Of a stretch of DNA of 27,586 bases, positions 17,701-25,578 are shown piece by piece (position 1 is the first letter of the stretch; each line of letters starts with the position of its first letter). The position numbers were made by a program, and so were the translations under genes. Origin of the DNA: a virus (lineage: Duplodnaviria > Caudoviricetes); the IMG/VR virus record IMGVR_UViG_3300025853_000518, positions 1 to 27,586 of that record, one strand, 5' to 3'. The notes under the pieces are model-generated. The model saw nothing but the letters and a program-made list of their open reading frames with translations. It did no database searches and was not told the DNA's origin.

Positions 17701-20700
17701 AGATAAGAATGTCAGAAGACAAATTGCTGGTCGTCCCCGGACGCTGCTTGAGCGTATCCAGAGATTTATGGAGAAACTTGCCAATGCGTTCAGCGGTATC
17801 GGATTTGCTGACGCCTCGCAAGTTATCAGCAATATCGGAACTGTTCAATCTAGAGAAAGAAATCAGATCAGGACTCTTAAGGACACTGAGGAATCCTCTG
17901 CTCAACAAGCAAGAATAATCAGAGGCGAGATTGCAAGAAGGCAGGCAGATTCCGAGCAGCCTGAAGAAAGAAAAGTCAACAAGACTTTAAAGCGTCACTC
18001 GATCACCAGCCAGAAAATGCTTGGAGAGTTTGAAAGAAGGGAAGAAGAATCAGATTCTGCATACAGGCAAGAGCTTAAAGAGGAGATGTCTAAACGGTCT
18101 GTTGCGGGTGACAGCTCTTACTTACTCGAAGTGCCCGGTGGTTTCGTTCCTGCTGACATGACAACAAAGTTCTCTTTGAATTTAGACAGCATGACGAATT
18201 CAGACTTGGATTTATTGAGTAGCAATAGTGATCCCGAACGTCTCATGCAGGCAGCGGGCATAAAAAATTACGGCTCCGTTGACAATTACAAGACGTTTGT
18301 AAAAGCAATTAACAACGCCGTAAACCAAATAGTAAATGGTTATAGGCTAACAAGTCGAAGAATTCTCGATGAAGACGAATATCCCCTGAGTGGCGAACAG
18401 CTAAGTCGCCAGATAGAAGGTTTAGAAGTTGAATTACAAAGTGTAAAAAACACCCCAATGAGAGAACTGCATGATCCTTCGCGTCATCATGGATTCTTAT
18501 ATGACATTTCCACTATCCCATTTAACAATGAGATAGAAGACGATGTAAGAGACATTAACCAATTTACCAATGAAGCTGACGGAAGATCGGATAGTGACAT
18601 CTTAAAAAGTGACTTCGGATTTTCTGGAGACTTAAATAGAGAGTATGATTTAAATCTTGATTTAATGGTAAACTCATTGTCTCAAAGAGATTACCGTTCG
18701 TTCAGTGAAGGGCATTTAATTGTATCAGCGGTTCAAGAAGAACTTGAAGATGGTTACATATCATTTATATATCCAGCTATACAAAAAGTTATGCAAACTG
18801 AAGAACTTCTTCCAATGGAAGCAAGAGCTGTTGTGGTTCTTAGCGACTATGGAAAACTTAAGAGTTTAATTGATTCAGGAAAAACTCCAAGCGCCGTAAC
18901 TATCGCGTCGCTCCATAAAAGATATGTAAATCCAATATTAGACAGCCTTAAACACACTCGTTCTGCTACACAAGCTAGGCTTATTTTGAGAAGTTTAGAT
19001 AACTCAGAGTCAGCTGTTTCTTCTACGGTAAAGAGTTTGTCAGGTGAAACGCCGAGATTCTTAGAAGGCTATAAGAGTGTTTTAGAATTTGCAGAAAAAT
19101 ATTTTGATAACAAAACAACAGATGTTGAGGATTTAAAACAAAGCATAGGCGAGATAGCTAAGGATAAAGATAACACATGGGACAATGACTACGACAGCGT
19201 TCAACGCTTCACCGGGTCTGTTCTGCAAACGCCCGTAGAAAGAGCCCATGCAGCTATCTTTAAATATATTTTTGAAAGAACGTCGCCAGTTACAAACATG
19301 CCTGTCTTCAGAGGCACAAGTTTTTCTAGATTTTTATTTGACATTTCTTCAAGAGACGAAGCTGGCGCACTCGGATCTTCAACTACCTACGAAGAAGCAC
19401 TTGATTGGGCTAGTGATAGAGCGGTAGGTAGAACAATCTCTATAGACGGAGTTGGGGAATTAACCTCCAAGATAAGCACAGCCGAAGAAGACTTTAGTGA
19501 TGGTCTTATTTTTGTATTTCCTGCTGGAAAAATATCTGGAAGCGTGCGCGCCCAGACTCCTGCTCATCAGTCTGATTCAGCAAGAGGTTTCGATTTTGAA
19601 GCTGGATTATTTACTAGCGGAACTTTTGAAGTAAAAGAATTTTATCCCTTCAAGAATGCTTTAGAGTATAACGACTTATTTATTAATGTTATAGGTCAAC
19701 AACTAATTGAGATGGCCGAACAACGAATGGCAGTAGAGGATGGAGTAATTTCATCTCAAGATATTTATGATTCAGTATTTCCATCAATAAATAAATCTTT
19801 TACCCCAATGAATAATATAAATTCCGTGGGAAGCTGGCAGGGTTCGAACAAATACATTGTTCAATCTCTTCCCGAAGGTAAGCCAATAACTGCCACATCT
19901 AAAACTTTAGAGAGTAAAATATTCAGAGCACTTTTATTGAAAGGAGCTTTACTATCTGAAGATTTCACAAATTCAGACATACTTGAACTAAATGAATATG
20001 GGCTATTAAGATACGATACTGGAAATTATGAGGAATGGCGGCGCGACCAATATCCCTATTCAAGAGAAGACGATAAATCTCTTTTCCGTAGTCTTTTCTT
20101 TAATGCAATTACAGGTGGTGGAGAAAGATCTGCGTATAATCGCAAGCTATTCAACGCTCTACACACGATGATGGTCACAACTCCTCCGTTTAGTGATCTG
20201 GAAATGCTTCCAGATTTAGAAAGTTTTATTGAACATTATGCTTTTCCGGATGATACGTTGCAGTACGTTTTAGGTAGCGCAGTTTTAGATTCAAATTTTA
20301 AGAACTATAGGAAAGATGATTCTATCCCCGCATCTAAACGTGCCAATGATGGCGTCAAGGGTGCGTTCGCCGTACTCGATCAGTTAGATAGTGAGATGAG
20401 GAGTTTTGGGGCAAATTATCTAGCATCCAGAGACGCCGCGAGGGAGAGAGCCCCCGTTATAGGTTGGACTAGGAATCCGAGATGGTCGATTGTCAACGTA
20501 GACGAGGACGGATTCCAACAGGTTGGGAGTCAAACTGGATCAAACGCGGGTGGAATGTATAGAAACGAAGACACCGGGGAGCAGTATTACGTTAAGACAC
20601 CGAGAGATCCTGATATCGGGAGAAATGAAATCCTCGCCAGTAAGCTGTACCAGCTTGCAGGTGTCGAAGTTGCTGACGCTAACCCCGCAGTGAGGAACGG

Positions 20701-23700
20701 CGAGTTTTCTGTAGCCTCTTCATTTGTTCCCGGTTTAGGAATGGATAGAGATCTTCTTGTAAGCGAGAGAGTGCCGGGCGTGCAAGAGAACTTTGCTGTT
20801 GATGCTTGGTTGGGGAACTGGGATGTCGTTGGCCTTGTGTTTGACAACCTGCTTATTAAAGAAGGTCGCGGGGTTAGGATTGACCCCGGCGGCACGATGC
20901 CTTACCGCGCTCAGGGCGGGCTGAAGAATGACATGCGAGCAGGCCTTTGGGGTCCGGAAGCTAACGATATAGATTCCATGAGAGATATGAACATCGCTCC
21001 GGAAGCCTCTCTGGTCTTTGACAAGGTTACAGACGAAGATTTAGTAGAAGGAATCGACAAGGTTCTTTCTATTCCTGTTGATGATCTTCGCAAAGCTGTT
21101 AGCGAATTTGGCCCTGTTGACCCAGAAGAAAACGAAGAAGCGTTCAACATCCTTGAAGCAAGGAGAAGGGATCTAGCTTCTCGCAGGGCAGATATTGTCG
21201 GCGACAGCAGCGCCGCAGCCCAGTTCACCAGCACGGGCCAGCCCGGAAGAAAGTTCTCCCTGAACGATCTTCAGTGGAAAGACAAGGGTACTGCAAGCCA
21301 AGAGACTAGCTCTGTCGAATCCTTCTCTCCCGATAAGGCGATAGAAAAGGTCTCCGAGTCTACGAACGAAAGGGGTCGGGAGAGAGATCGCAAAATAATT
21401 AGAGCGATGAAGGACTTTAAGACTTCTCCTGACTTTGACATAACCGAGATTACACCTAAGGAGTGGGGTCCGATAGAGAATATATCTATCCCGTCTTACG
21501 GTGTCATGGTCAAAGATGATAAGGATAATATTGTATTAAGAGAGGTCGCAAATTTCTTTGACGGGTATCACTGGAGCATAGCCAAGGGCAGACTCGACCC
21601 CGGAGAATCCCCCCTTGAGACTGCGCTCAGGGAACTAGAAGAAGAGACTGGTATATCTGAAGATACTGTTCCGAACTTTAGAATCGTTGGAGCTTTGCCG
21701 GGGCCATACTCTTCAGGGTACAGCGACACTTATCTTTATGTCGCACAGTTCGATAGCCAGACTTCAGATCAAGAAATTTCTAAATTCGGAGATAACTTAA
21801 TCAATAAAACTCCGGGCTTTATACCTAGAATTTCAAAAGAAAAGTCAACGGTTTCAGCTGACCAGTCGATCATGGATGATATGTCTATACCGATTGCGCT
21901 AGGAGAAATGAAGCCTCGTAAACTTTCATTATCAAATGAGAAGCTAGTGGAGCTTACCGTAGATACAGCTCGGACAAAGGGCGATAGATCTTATGACGTT
22001 CTCCACGCCACGATAAGCCCTCCGCCTGTCCATAAGAGTCTTTGGGAATCTGTAAAAGACGTACTATCGGACAGACCTCTTGCTTGGTTTAGGCAGAAGT
22101 TCATAGACAAGTATGAAGGAATACGAAGAGCTGTCGAGAAAGCTAGAGAAATTAGAGGAGATGAAAGTTACATGCTCGCTGGCATGGACGCGCTCAAGGC
22201 TGCGTACTTGTCGGACAAGTCTAAAGGCATAGTTCAAGAGGCCATTACATCAGGAAGGTTGGTCTACAGGGATGGAATAACCCGAGTGGATACAAACGAA
22301 AAGGGGCTTATCGAAATATTACAGCCTCTATTCAAAGGGGAAGTTGACCTCCTTAGAGATTGGCATGTATGGAAAATCGCAATCAGGGAGGGGAGATTTG
22401 AAAGAGAAGGCAGGATGGTCTCGATGTCTGCTGAAGAGAGACAGACCGTCATGGATACAGCTCAGGCTAACGGCTGGACAGAGCTGTTTGAATCTGTAGA
22501 TGCAGACTACAGAGAATGGAATGATGCAATCGTTGACTACATGAAAGACACAGGGATTATCAACGACAGCATGGGGGAGGTCTTCAAGAAGTACGGAGAC
22601 TACATACCCTTCTATAGAGAGTTCGAAGGCGAGGCGGATGAAAGACTCATAGCTGGAATGCAAGATCTCATAGGGGAAGAGCTTGCCCAGATGGAAAGAG
22701 ATGGACGGATGCCGCCTATGGATGCTGCCCAGAAATCCAGAATGCCTTCCTCTATGTTTGGCTCCTTGACTGGAGCGAAGCCGCCTCGCAAGGCAAGGGG
22801 CGGAGATTCGATGGTTGTCGATCCGCTTACTGGAATTATGCGAAACCTAGAAGCGGCTGTCACCAGCGGAATGAAGAACGTCGCAGCAACTAGAGTGATG
22901 GACGACGCTGTTCTCATTGGAATGGCAACAGAAGTAGAGCCTAGTCAAGTAAGAGCAGACACTCACTCTGTGAGAATGGATGGAGAAGATAGATACTTTA
23001 ATGTTTTTGATCCGCTTCTGCATGACTCTCTCGCTGGGATGGCCGAGGGGCACATAAAGTATTTGAACTTCTTTTCCGCTCCCGCTCAGTTCCTTAGGGA
23101 AATGGTCACTCGAAGCCCTGACTTCATCATGGCAAACTTACTCAGAGACTCCTTGTCCACTTGGACTACTGCCGGTGGTACAAAGCCTGTCATAGACACG
23201 ATGAGAAGTTTCTTTAGCGGAGAAAACGATTCTTATCAGACCCTAAAGAGCGCAGGGATTATCAGCGGATTTGACAACGCAAGGACAACTAAGGATCTTG
23301 TCAAGAAGTTTACCAAGAAGTTGAAAGAAGAAGGGCAGATGCCGGGGAAGAAGATTCCATTCTGGTCTTCGGCTACAAAGCTGTGGGATTGGAGTGGTGA
23401 TGTATCCACTAAGTCTGACGCAGCAACAAGGCAAGCGGTCTATGAAAGCGTTCTTCAAGATCTATTAGAAAAAGGATTCACGAGAGGACAAGCGGAATCT
23501 GAAGCTATCTACCAAGCGGCTGAAGTTATTAACTTTTCTAGAAGAGGAAACTCTGGACTAGCGAAGATAATCACTGCCGTTGTTCCATTCCTTAATGCAA
23601 GAGTTCAAGGCTTAGATGTTTTGTATCGAGCGGGGACAGGTAAGTATTCTACCGTAACGAACGAGACTCGAAACAAAGCACTCATAGGATTTTTGAGTAG

Positions 23701-24673
23701 AGCTTCCTTGCTGGCTACAGCATCCCTTATGTACGCCGGGATGGTGGAAGATGAAGACGAATACAAAAATGCAAAGCCTGAAGTAAGAGATGATAACTGG
23801 ATTATCCCCGGCTTTGGTGATATGCCCGGCTTTAAGATACCTGTACCTTTCGAAGTTGGGTTTCTATTTAAAACTGTGCCGGAAAGAGTGTATCACTATT
23901 ACAGTGGCGACCAGACATACAAGCAATCTGTAGATGCAATCAAGAGAGGAGTCGCTTCGACTCTTGAGATCAACGTCTTCGGTCCTCAGTTTGCAAAGCC
24001 TGTCTTAGAAGCAATGATGAATCATTCATTCTACACCGGCAGCAGCATCGTGCCTTGGTATTTAACTGGAGCTGACCCTGAATATCAAAAGAGATTATCT
24101 ACAAACGAGCTTGCTGTAACAATCGGAGAAGCGTTTGACGCATCACCGCTTAAGGTAGAGCATGTCCTTAGGGGATACACAGGAACGCTAGGCGGCTACT
24201 TATTGACAGTTGCTGACTGGGCGATGAGAAATGTTAAAGGGCTACCCGCAAGGCCGACCTTAAGAGCGGATCAGATGATGATCGCTAGGCGCTTCTTGCA
24301 AAGCGCAGAGGGATCAGCAGGTGCAATGTCGGAGTGGTACGCATTCAGAAATTCAACGACAGGAATACTGAACGCTTTTAACTCAGCAAGGAACGATGGC
24401 GATATTGAAAAAGCCAGAGAGATATTTGAAGAAAACTCAGGTGTTATATCCATGAAGCCTGCGATCAACGCCATAGACACAGAGCTAGAAAGATTGAGAA
24501 GGGCTGAGAGGTTTATATTGCTAGACACTAGGACAGACCCAGACCAGAAAGCAGAAGCCATTAAAAGAATTGATGCCCTCAGGAATGCACTACTGTCCTC
24601 TTCGAAGAAGGTCATGGAAAAATCTGACCTATCTCCGAGATTTCCGTTCCCTCTATCCGCATTGAATAACTAG
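14738..24673 (+). CDS. Giant polyvalent internal virion protein (3311 aa): zincin metallopeptidase, ART-like, HipA/PI3-4-kinase-like, Nudix and C-terminal LPD38-like domains
   Basis: HEAIH (17492) plus EEAVAE; VFRG...TS...DFE (19301-19640); GSNAGG...YYVK...NE.LA..LY...DAWLGNWD...DN...RID.GG (20510-20930); a perfect Nudix box (21587-21655); and NFSRRG...PFLNA..QG...DDNWIIP...IPVPFEVG..FK..PER at the C-terminus. Confidence 0.85.
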   Translation: MAWLENEPNGIELPDGKVISFPAGVTREQAYQQLMQERPDLFEKPSGFFPAARSTITRMAGALSAAPSTVLGGFGSQESLDEAGRIYEETNRAAAEILPEPVQYTDIIDDYDKKGLADAASTAWTFAKEQVGISTPYMLPAMAAGKVGASDLVAKTKLGQKVGAGLARLLPVLRAGATASPHPLVKAGFGAAFAIGTLATQFFADNLERQYEVASKGGQKDVTPEDINNFAAAAAAGPQAAMDYIFIALTGGIGRGAQLAATRSLKQSLAATTTRAGKETLSKTIGKGALESLTEFPTELMQTVLERAQAGESISLDDVGFVDEMKATVAGTIPVVGVFGTAGTYRAHRANKKAEENWNKMSDAERRLRKSQDSQREAAYQAEIERAERIQSENENRWRLANEEAGRNNDTVRMAGLQAQENTPVEIADVIEAADSRNILTNTDGFRAFVLRQTNGRTANLKDTDNKERRRIRSVLSGLKVQEYVEEDGGADMPMFTRAQFDAAVKGTRKAKSINGDTVRQVLGMGNSKTDRAVASSIVQALETRGYAQRVSQKDGRKPLKPRRTPYTENQYEELLKIGQENGRITQGDFESVTGKYGSETYKEFISDMRVRGDLPKTDKVKGMFTPVTYQDIQEADNGRALKVGDYEVTTEPSEGYFVRNANGEIVDGAINRKEAINSAKRLKHRSRSYTVKKNGQEIKTYKNKNNAKSLAEEIETSDPGARVEVLSNQPVDFTVDKNKSSGFATIERVNEEGRTTSVLEYGFAPDENSANILRDERISELTPGLADWDVRSAEEKSRARERLAGFLRARGARLDPALREEFATAEELPSFAPERRIEGDQTQRNQTILKELEQALVDAGVKSDVAAKVINESVNAEGFFDPNLGGLRTIAINLNHPTVRNATTDAEIRQAVRDVVNHEAIHAMRDLDLFTMNEWRALVNATYRVKRSDGKSFSEWAEETYKGVKGYETEESIQEEAVAEMYRQFYSDKNVRRQIAGRPRTLLERIQRFMEKLANAFSGIGFADASQVISNIGTVQSRERNQIRTLKDTEESSAQQARIIRGEIARRQADSEQPEERKVNKTLKRHSITSQKMLGEFERREEESDSAYRQELKEEMSKRSVAGDSSYLLEVPGGFVPADMTTKFSLNLDSMTNSDLDLLSSNSDPERLMQAAGIKNYGSVDNYKTFVKAINNAVNQIVNGYRLTSRRILDEDEYPLSGEQLSRQIEGLEVELQSVKNTPMRELHDPSRHHGFLYDISTIPFNNEIEDDVRDINQFTNEADGRSDSDILKSDFGFSGDLNREYDLNLDLMVNSLSQRDYRSFSEGHLIVSAVQEELEDGYISFIYPAIQKVMQTEELLPMEARAVVVLSDYGKLKSLIDSGKTPSAVTIASLHKRYVNPILDSLKHTRSATQARLILRSLDNSESAVSSTVKSLSGETPRFLEGYKSVLEFAEKYFDNKTTDVEDLKQSIGEIAKDKDNTWDNDYDSVQRFTGSVLQTPVERAHAAIFKYIFERTSPVTNMPVFRGTSFSRFLFDISSRDEAGALGSSTTYEEALDWASDRAVGRTISIDGVGELTSKISTAEEDFSDGLIFVFPAGKISGSVRAQTPAHQSDSARGFDFEAGLFTSGTFEVKEFYPFKNALEYNDLFINVIGQQLIEMAEQRMAVEDGVISSQDIYDSVFPSINKSFTPMNNINSVGSWQGSNKYIVQSLPEGKPITATSKTLESKIFRALLLKGALLSEDFTNSDILELNEYGLLRYDTGNYEEWRRDQYPYSREDDKSLFRSLFFNAITGGGERSAYNRKLFNALHTMMVTTPPFSDLEMLPDLESFIEHYAFPDDTLQYVLGSAVLDSNFKNYRKDDSIPASKRANDGVKGAFAVLDQLDSEMRSFGANYLASRDAARERAPVIGWTRNPRWSIVNVDEDGFQQVGSQTGSNAGGMYRNEDTGEQYYVKTPRDPDIGRNEILASKLYQLAGVEVADANPAVRNGEFSVASSFVPGLGMDRDLLVSERVPGVQENFAVDAWLGNWDVVGLVFDNLLIKEGRGVRIDPGGTMPYRAQGGLKNDMRAGLWGPEANDIDSMRDMNIAPEASLVFDKVTDEDLVEGIDKVLSIPVDDLRKAVSEFGPVDPEENEEAFNILEARRRDLASRRADIVGDSSAAAQFTSTGQPGRKFSLNDLQWKDKGTASQETSSVESFSPDKAIEKVSESTNERGRERDRKIIRAMKDFKTSPDFDITEITPKEWGPIENISIPSYGVMVKDDKDNIVLREVANFFDGYHWSIAKGRLDPGESPLETALRELEEETGISEDTVPNFRIVGALPGPYSSGYSDTYLYVAQFDSQTSDQEISKFGDNLINKTPGFIPRISKEKSTVSADQSIMDDMSIPIALGEMKPRKLSLSNEKLVELTVDTARTKGDRSYDVLHATISPPPVHKSLWESVKDVLSDRPLAWFRQKFIDKYEGIRRAVEKAREIRGDESYMLAGMDALKAAYLSDKSKGIVQEAITSGRLVYRDGITRVDTNEKGLIEILQPLFKGEVDLLRDWHVWKIAIREGRFEREGRMVSMSAEERQTVMDTAQANGWTELFESVDADYREWNDAIVDYMKDTGIINDSMGEVFKKYGDYIPFYREFEGEADERLIAGMQDLIGEELAQMERDGRMPPMDAAQKSRMPSSMFGSLTGAKPPRKARGGDSMVVDPLTGIMRNLEAAVTSGMKNVAATRVMDDAVLIGMATEVEPSQVRADTHSVRMDGEDRYFNVFDPLLHDSLAGMAEGHIKYLNFFSAPAQFLREMVTRSPDFIMANLLRDSLSTWTTAGGTKPVIDTMRSFFSGENDSYQTLKSAGIISGFDNARTTKDLVKKFTKKLKEEGQMPGKKIPFWSSATKLWDWSGDVSTKSDAATRQAVYESVLQDLLEKGFTRGQAESEAIYQAAEVINFSRRGNSGLAKIITAVVPFLNARVQGLDVLYRAGTGKYSTVTNETRNKALIGFLSRASLLATASLMYAGMVEDEDEYKNAKPEVRDDNWIIPGFGDMPGFKIPVPFEVGFLFKTVPERVYHYYSGDQTYKQSVDAIKRGVASTLEINVFGPQFAKPVLEAMMNHSFYTGSSIVPWYLTGADPEYQKRLSTNELAVTIGEAFDASPLKVEHVLRGYTGTLGGYLLTVADWAMRNVKGLPARPTLRADQMMIARRFLQSAEGSAGAMSEWYAFRNSTTGILNAFNSARNDGDIEKAREIFEENSGVISMKPAINAIDTELERLRRAERFILLDTRTDPDQKAEAIKRIDALRNALLSSSKKVMEKSDLSPRFPFPLSALNN

Positions 24674-24677
24674 CTAA

Positions 24678-24995
24678 ATGACAGTATTAAAATTAAAACA
24701 CGATGTGTCGATGAACGGTGTCAAGCCGGAGCTTGTCCTTGGTCTGCAAGTGGCGCTTGGATATTTCTGGTCGATGGGTTTGCAAGACATGGTTGTCACA
24801 TCACTGTGTGATGGAAAGCATTCGCCAAACTCATTGCACTACGTCGGCTACGCAGCCGATCTGCGGATTTGGGCGATAGAGGAAAAGGATTTAGTTGAGT
24901 TCACGGAGGGCTTAGCTATTGAACTAGGTGACGAGTTTGATGTTGTTCTCGAAAGAGATCATATACACATCGAGTTCCAACCTAATAAGAGGTGA
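24678..24995 (+). CDS. Endolysin, peptidase M15 (Hedgehog/DD-peptidase fold)
   Basis: Zn-ligand pattern H-x6-D (SLHYVGYAAD) and HxH (DHIHIE), preceded by VTS..DG.H. It is the first gene of the lysis cassette. Confidence 0.8.
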   Translation: MTVLKLKHDVSMNGVKPELVLGLQVALGYFWSMGLQDMVVTSLCDGKHSPNSLHYVGYAADLRIWAIEEKDLVEFTEGLAIELGDEFDVVLERDHIHIEFQPNKR

Positions 24996-24998
24996 AAA

Positions 24999-25175
24999 AT
25001 GGATTGGATATTAGAAAACATCAACAGCATTATAGAGATTGCATTGAACTTGGTGGGAGCATTCGCTGTCGTTGCGACGATGACTCCCAACGATTCCGAT
25101 AACAAGTTTGTTGATAGCATCTTAAAGGTTATTAACATTCTCGGAGCTAATTTCGGCAAAGCAAGTAACGGCTAA
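24999..25175 (+). CDS. Putative holin (58-aa membrane protein)
   Basis: Hand translation gives MDWILENINSIIEIALNLVGAFAVVATMTPNDSDNKFVDSILKVINILGANFGKASNG*: a hydrophobic helix, a TP..SD turn and an amphipathic helix. SD GAGGTG upstream and TAATG coupling downstream. It is below the ORF-track size cutoff. Confidence 0.7.
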   Translation: MDWILENINSIIEIALNLVGAFAVVATMTPNDSDNKFVDSILKVINILGANFGKASNG

Positions 25176-25462
25176 TGATTGAAGCTCTGTTCTCAATCGC
25201 TGTTTCCATAGGGACTGTCATAGCATTCTCGCTTCTTTGGGGAGAAGACAAAAGAAACCTCGGAAAGATCAAGAAAGAGAACCAACATGCTGAAGAAAAA
25301 CTCAACAGCATATCAAAAGGTATTGAGAAACTTCTCGGGCCTCGCCCTAATCGCGCTGTGCTTATCAAGCATTGGAAGCGCAGGCTGCGCGAAGCAACCG
25401 AGGGAGACGATAGTACCACCCTGCCCGGTCCCGAATCAGGAAGCGATCGAAGCTCTGAGTGA
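25175..25462 (+). CDS. Putative i-spanin (Rz-like)
   Basis: An N-terminal transmembrane segment (IEALFSIAVSIGTVIAFSLLW) is followed by a charged helical region. It overlaps a lipoprotein gene in the +1 frame. Confidence 0.6.
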   Translation: MIEALFSIAVSIGTVIAFSLLWGEDKRNLGKIKKENQHAEEKLNSISKGIEKLLGPRPNRAVLIKHWKRRLREATEGDDSTTLPGPESGSDRSSE

Positions 25463-25544
25463 CGAGTACGTCCCGTTGCCAGTTCTTCAATACCTGATTG
25501 ATATTGATATGTATTGCGATGCAATCGACAGCATAAGAGAATAA
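25287..25544 (+). CDS. Putative o-spanin lipoprotein (Rz1-like)
   Basis: The signal-like LALIALCLSSIGSAG-C forms a lipobox. The mature part is Pro-rich (VPPCPVP) with extra Cys. It starts inside the i-spanin gene and extends past it. The start codon is uncertain. Confidence 0.65.
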   Translation: MLKKNSTAYQKVLRNFSGLALIALCLSSIGSAGCAKQPRETIVPPCPVPNQEAIEALSDEYVPLPVLQYLIDIDMYCDAIDSIRE

Positions 25545-25546
25545 AC

Positions 25547-25553
25547 AAGGAGG
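25547..25553 (+). promoter_or_regulatory. Consensus Shine-Dalgarno AAGGAGG separated from ATG 25579 by a hairpin
   Basis: AAGGAGG at 25547-25553. No start codon lies at normal linear spacing. Confidence 0.5.
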
Positions 25554-25578
25554 CCCCTGTTTCGGCAGGGGCTTTTTT
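25551..25578 (+). terminator. Rho-independent terminator-like hairpin after the lysis cassette
   Basis: AGGCCCCTGT-TTCG-GCAGGGGC followed by TTTTTT: a GC-rich stem, a UUCG loop and a U6 tract. Confidence 0.8.

Noticed and set aside
18167-21916. Inserted modules in the giant protein as inteins or introns
   Set aside because: There are no C/S-start and HN-C/S/T splice motifs, no LAGLIDADG or HNH signature, and the reading frame is uninterrupted.
1050-24673. Possible TAG stop-codon reassignment, since several genes end in TAG and two are followed in frame
   Set aside because: Very long ORFs contain no internal TAG, TAG falls at natural C-termini (PDGRR*, GTEVV*), and no suppressor tRNA is seen in the window.
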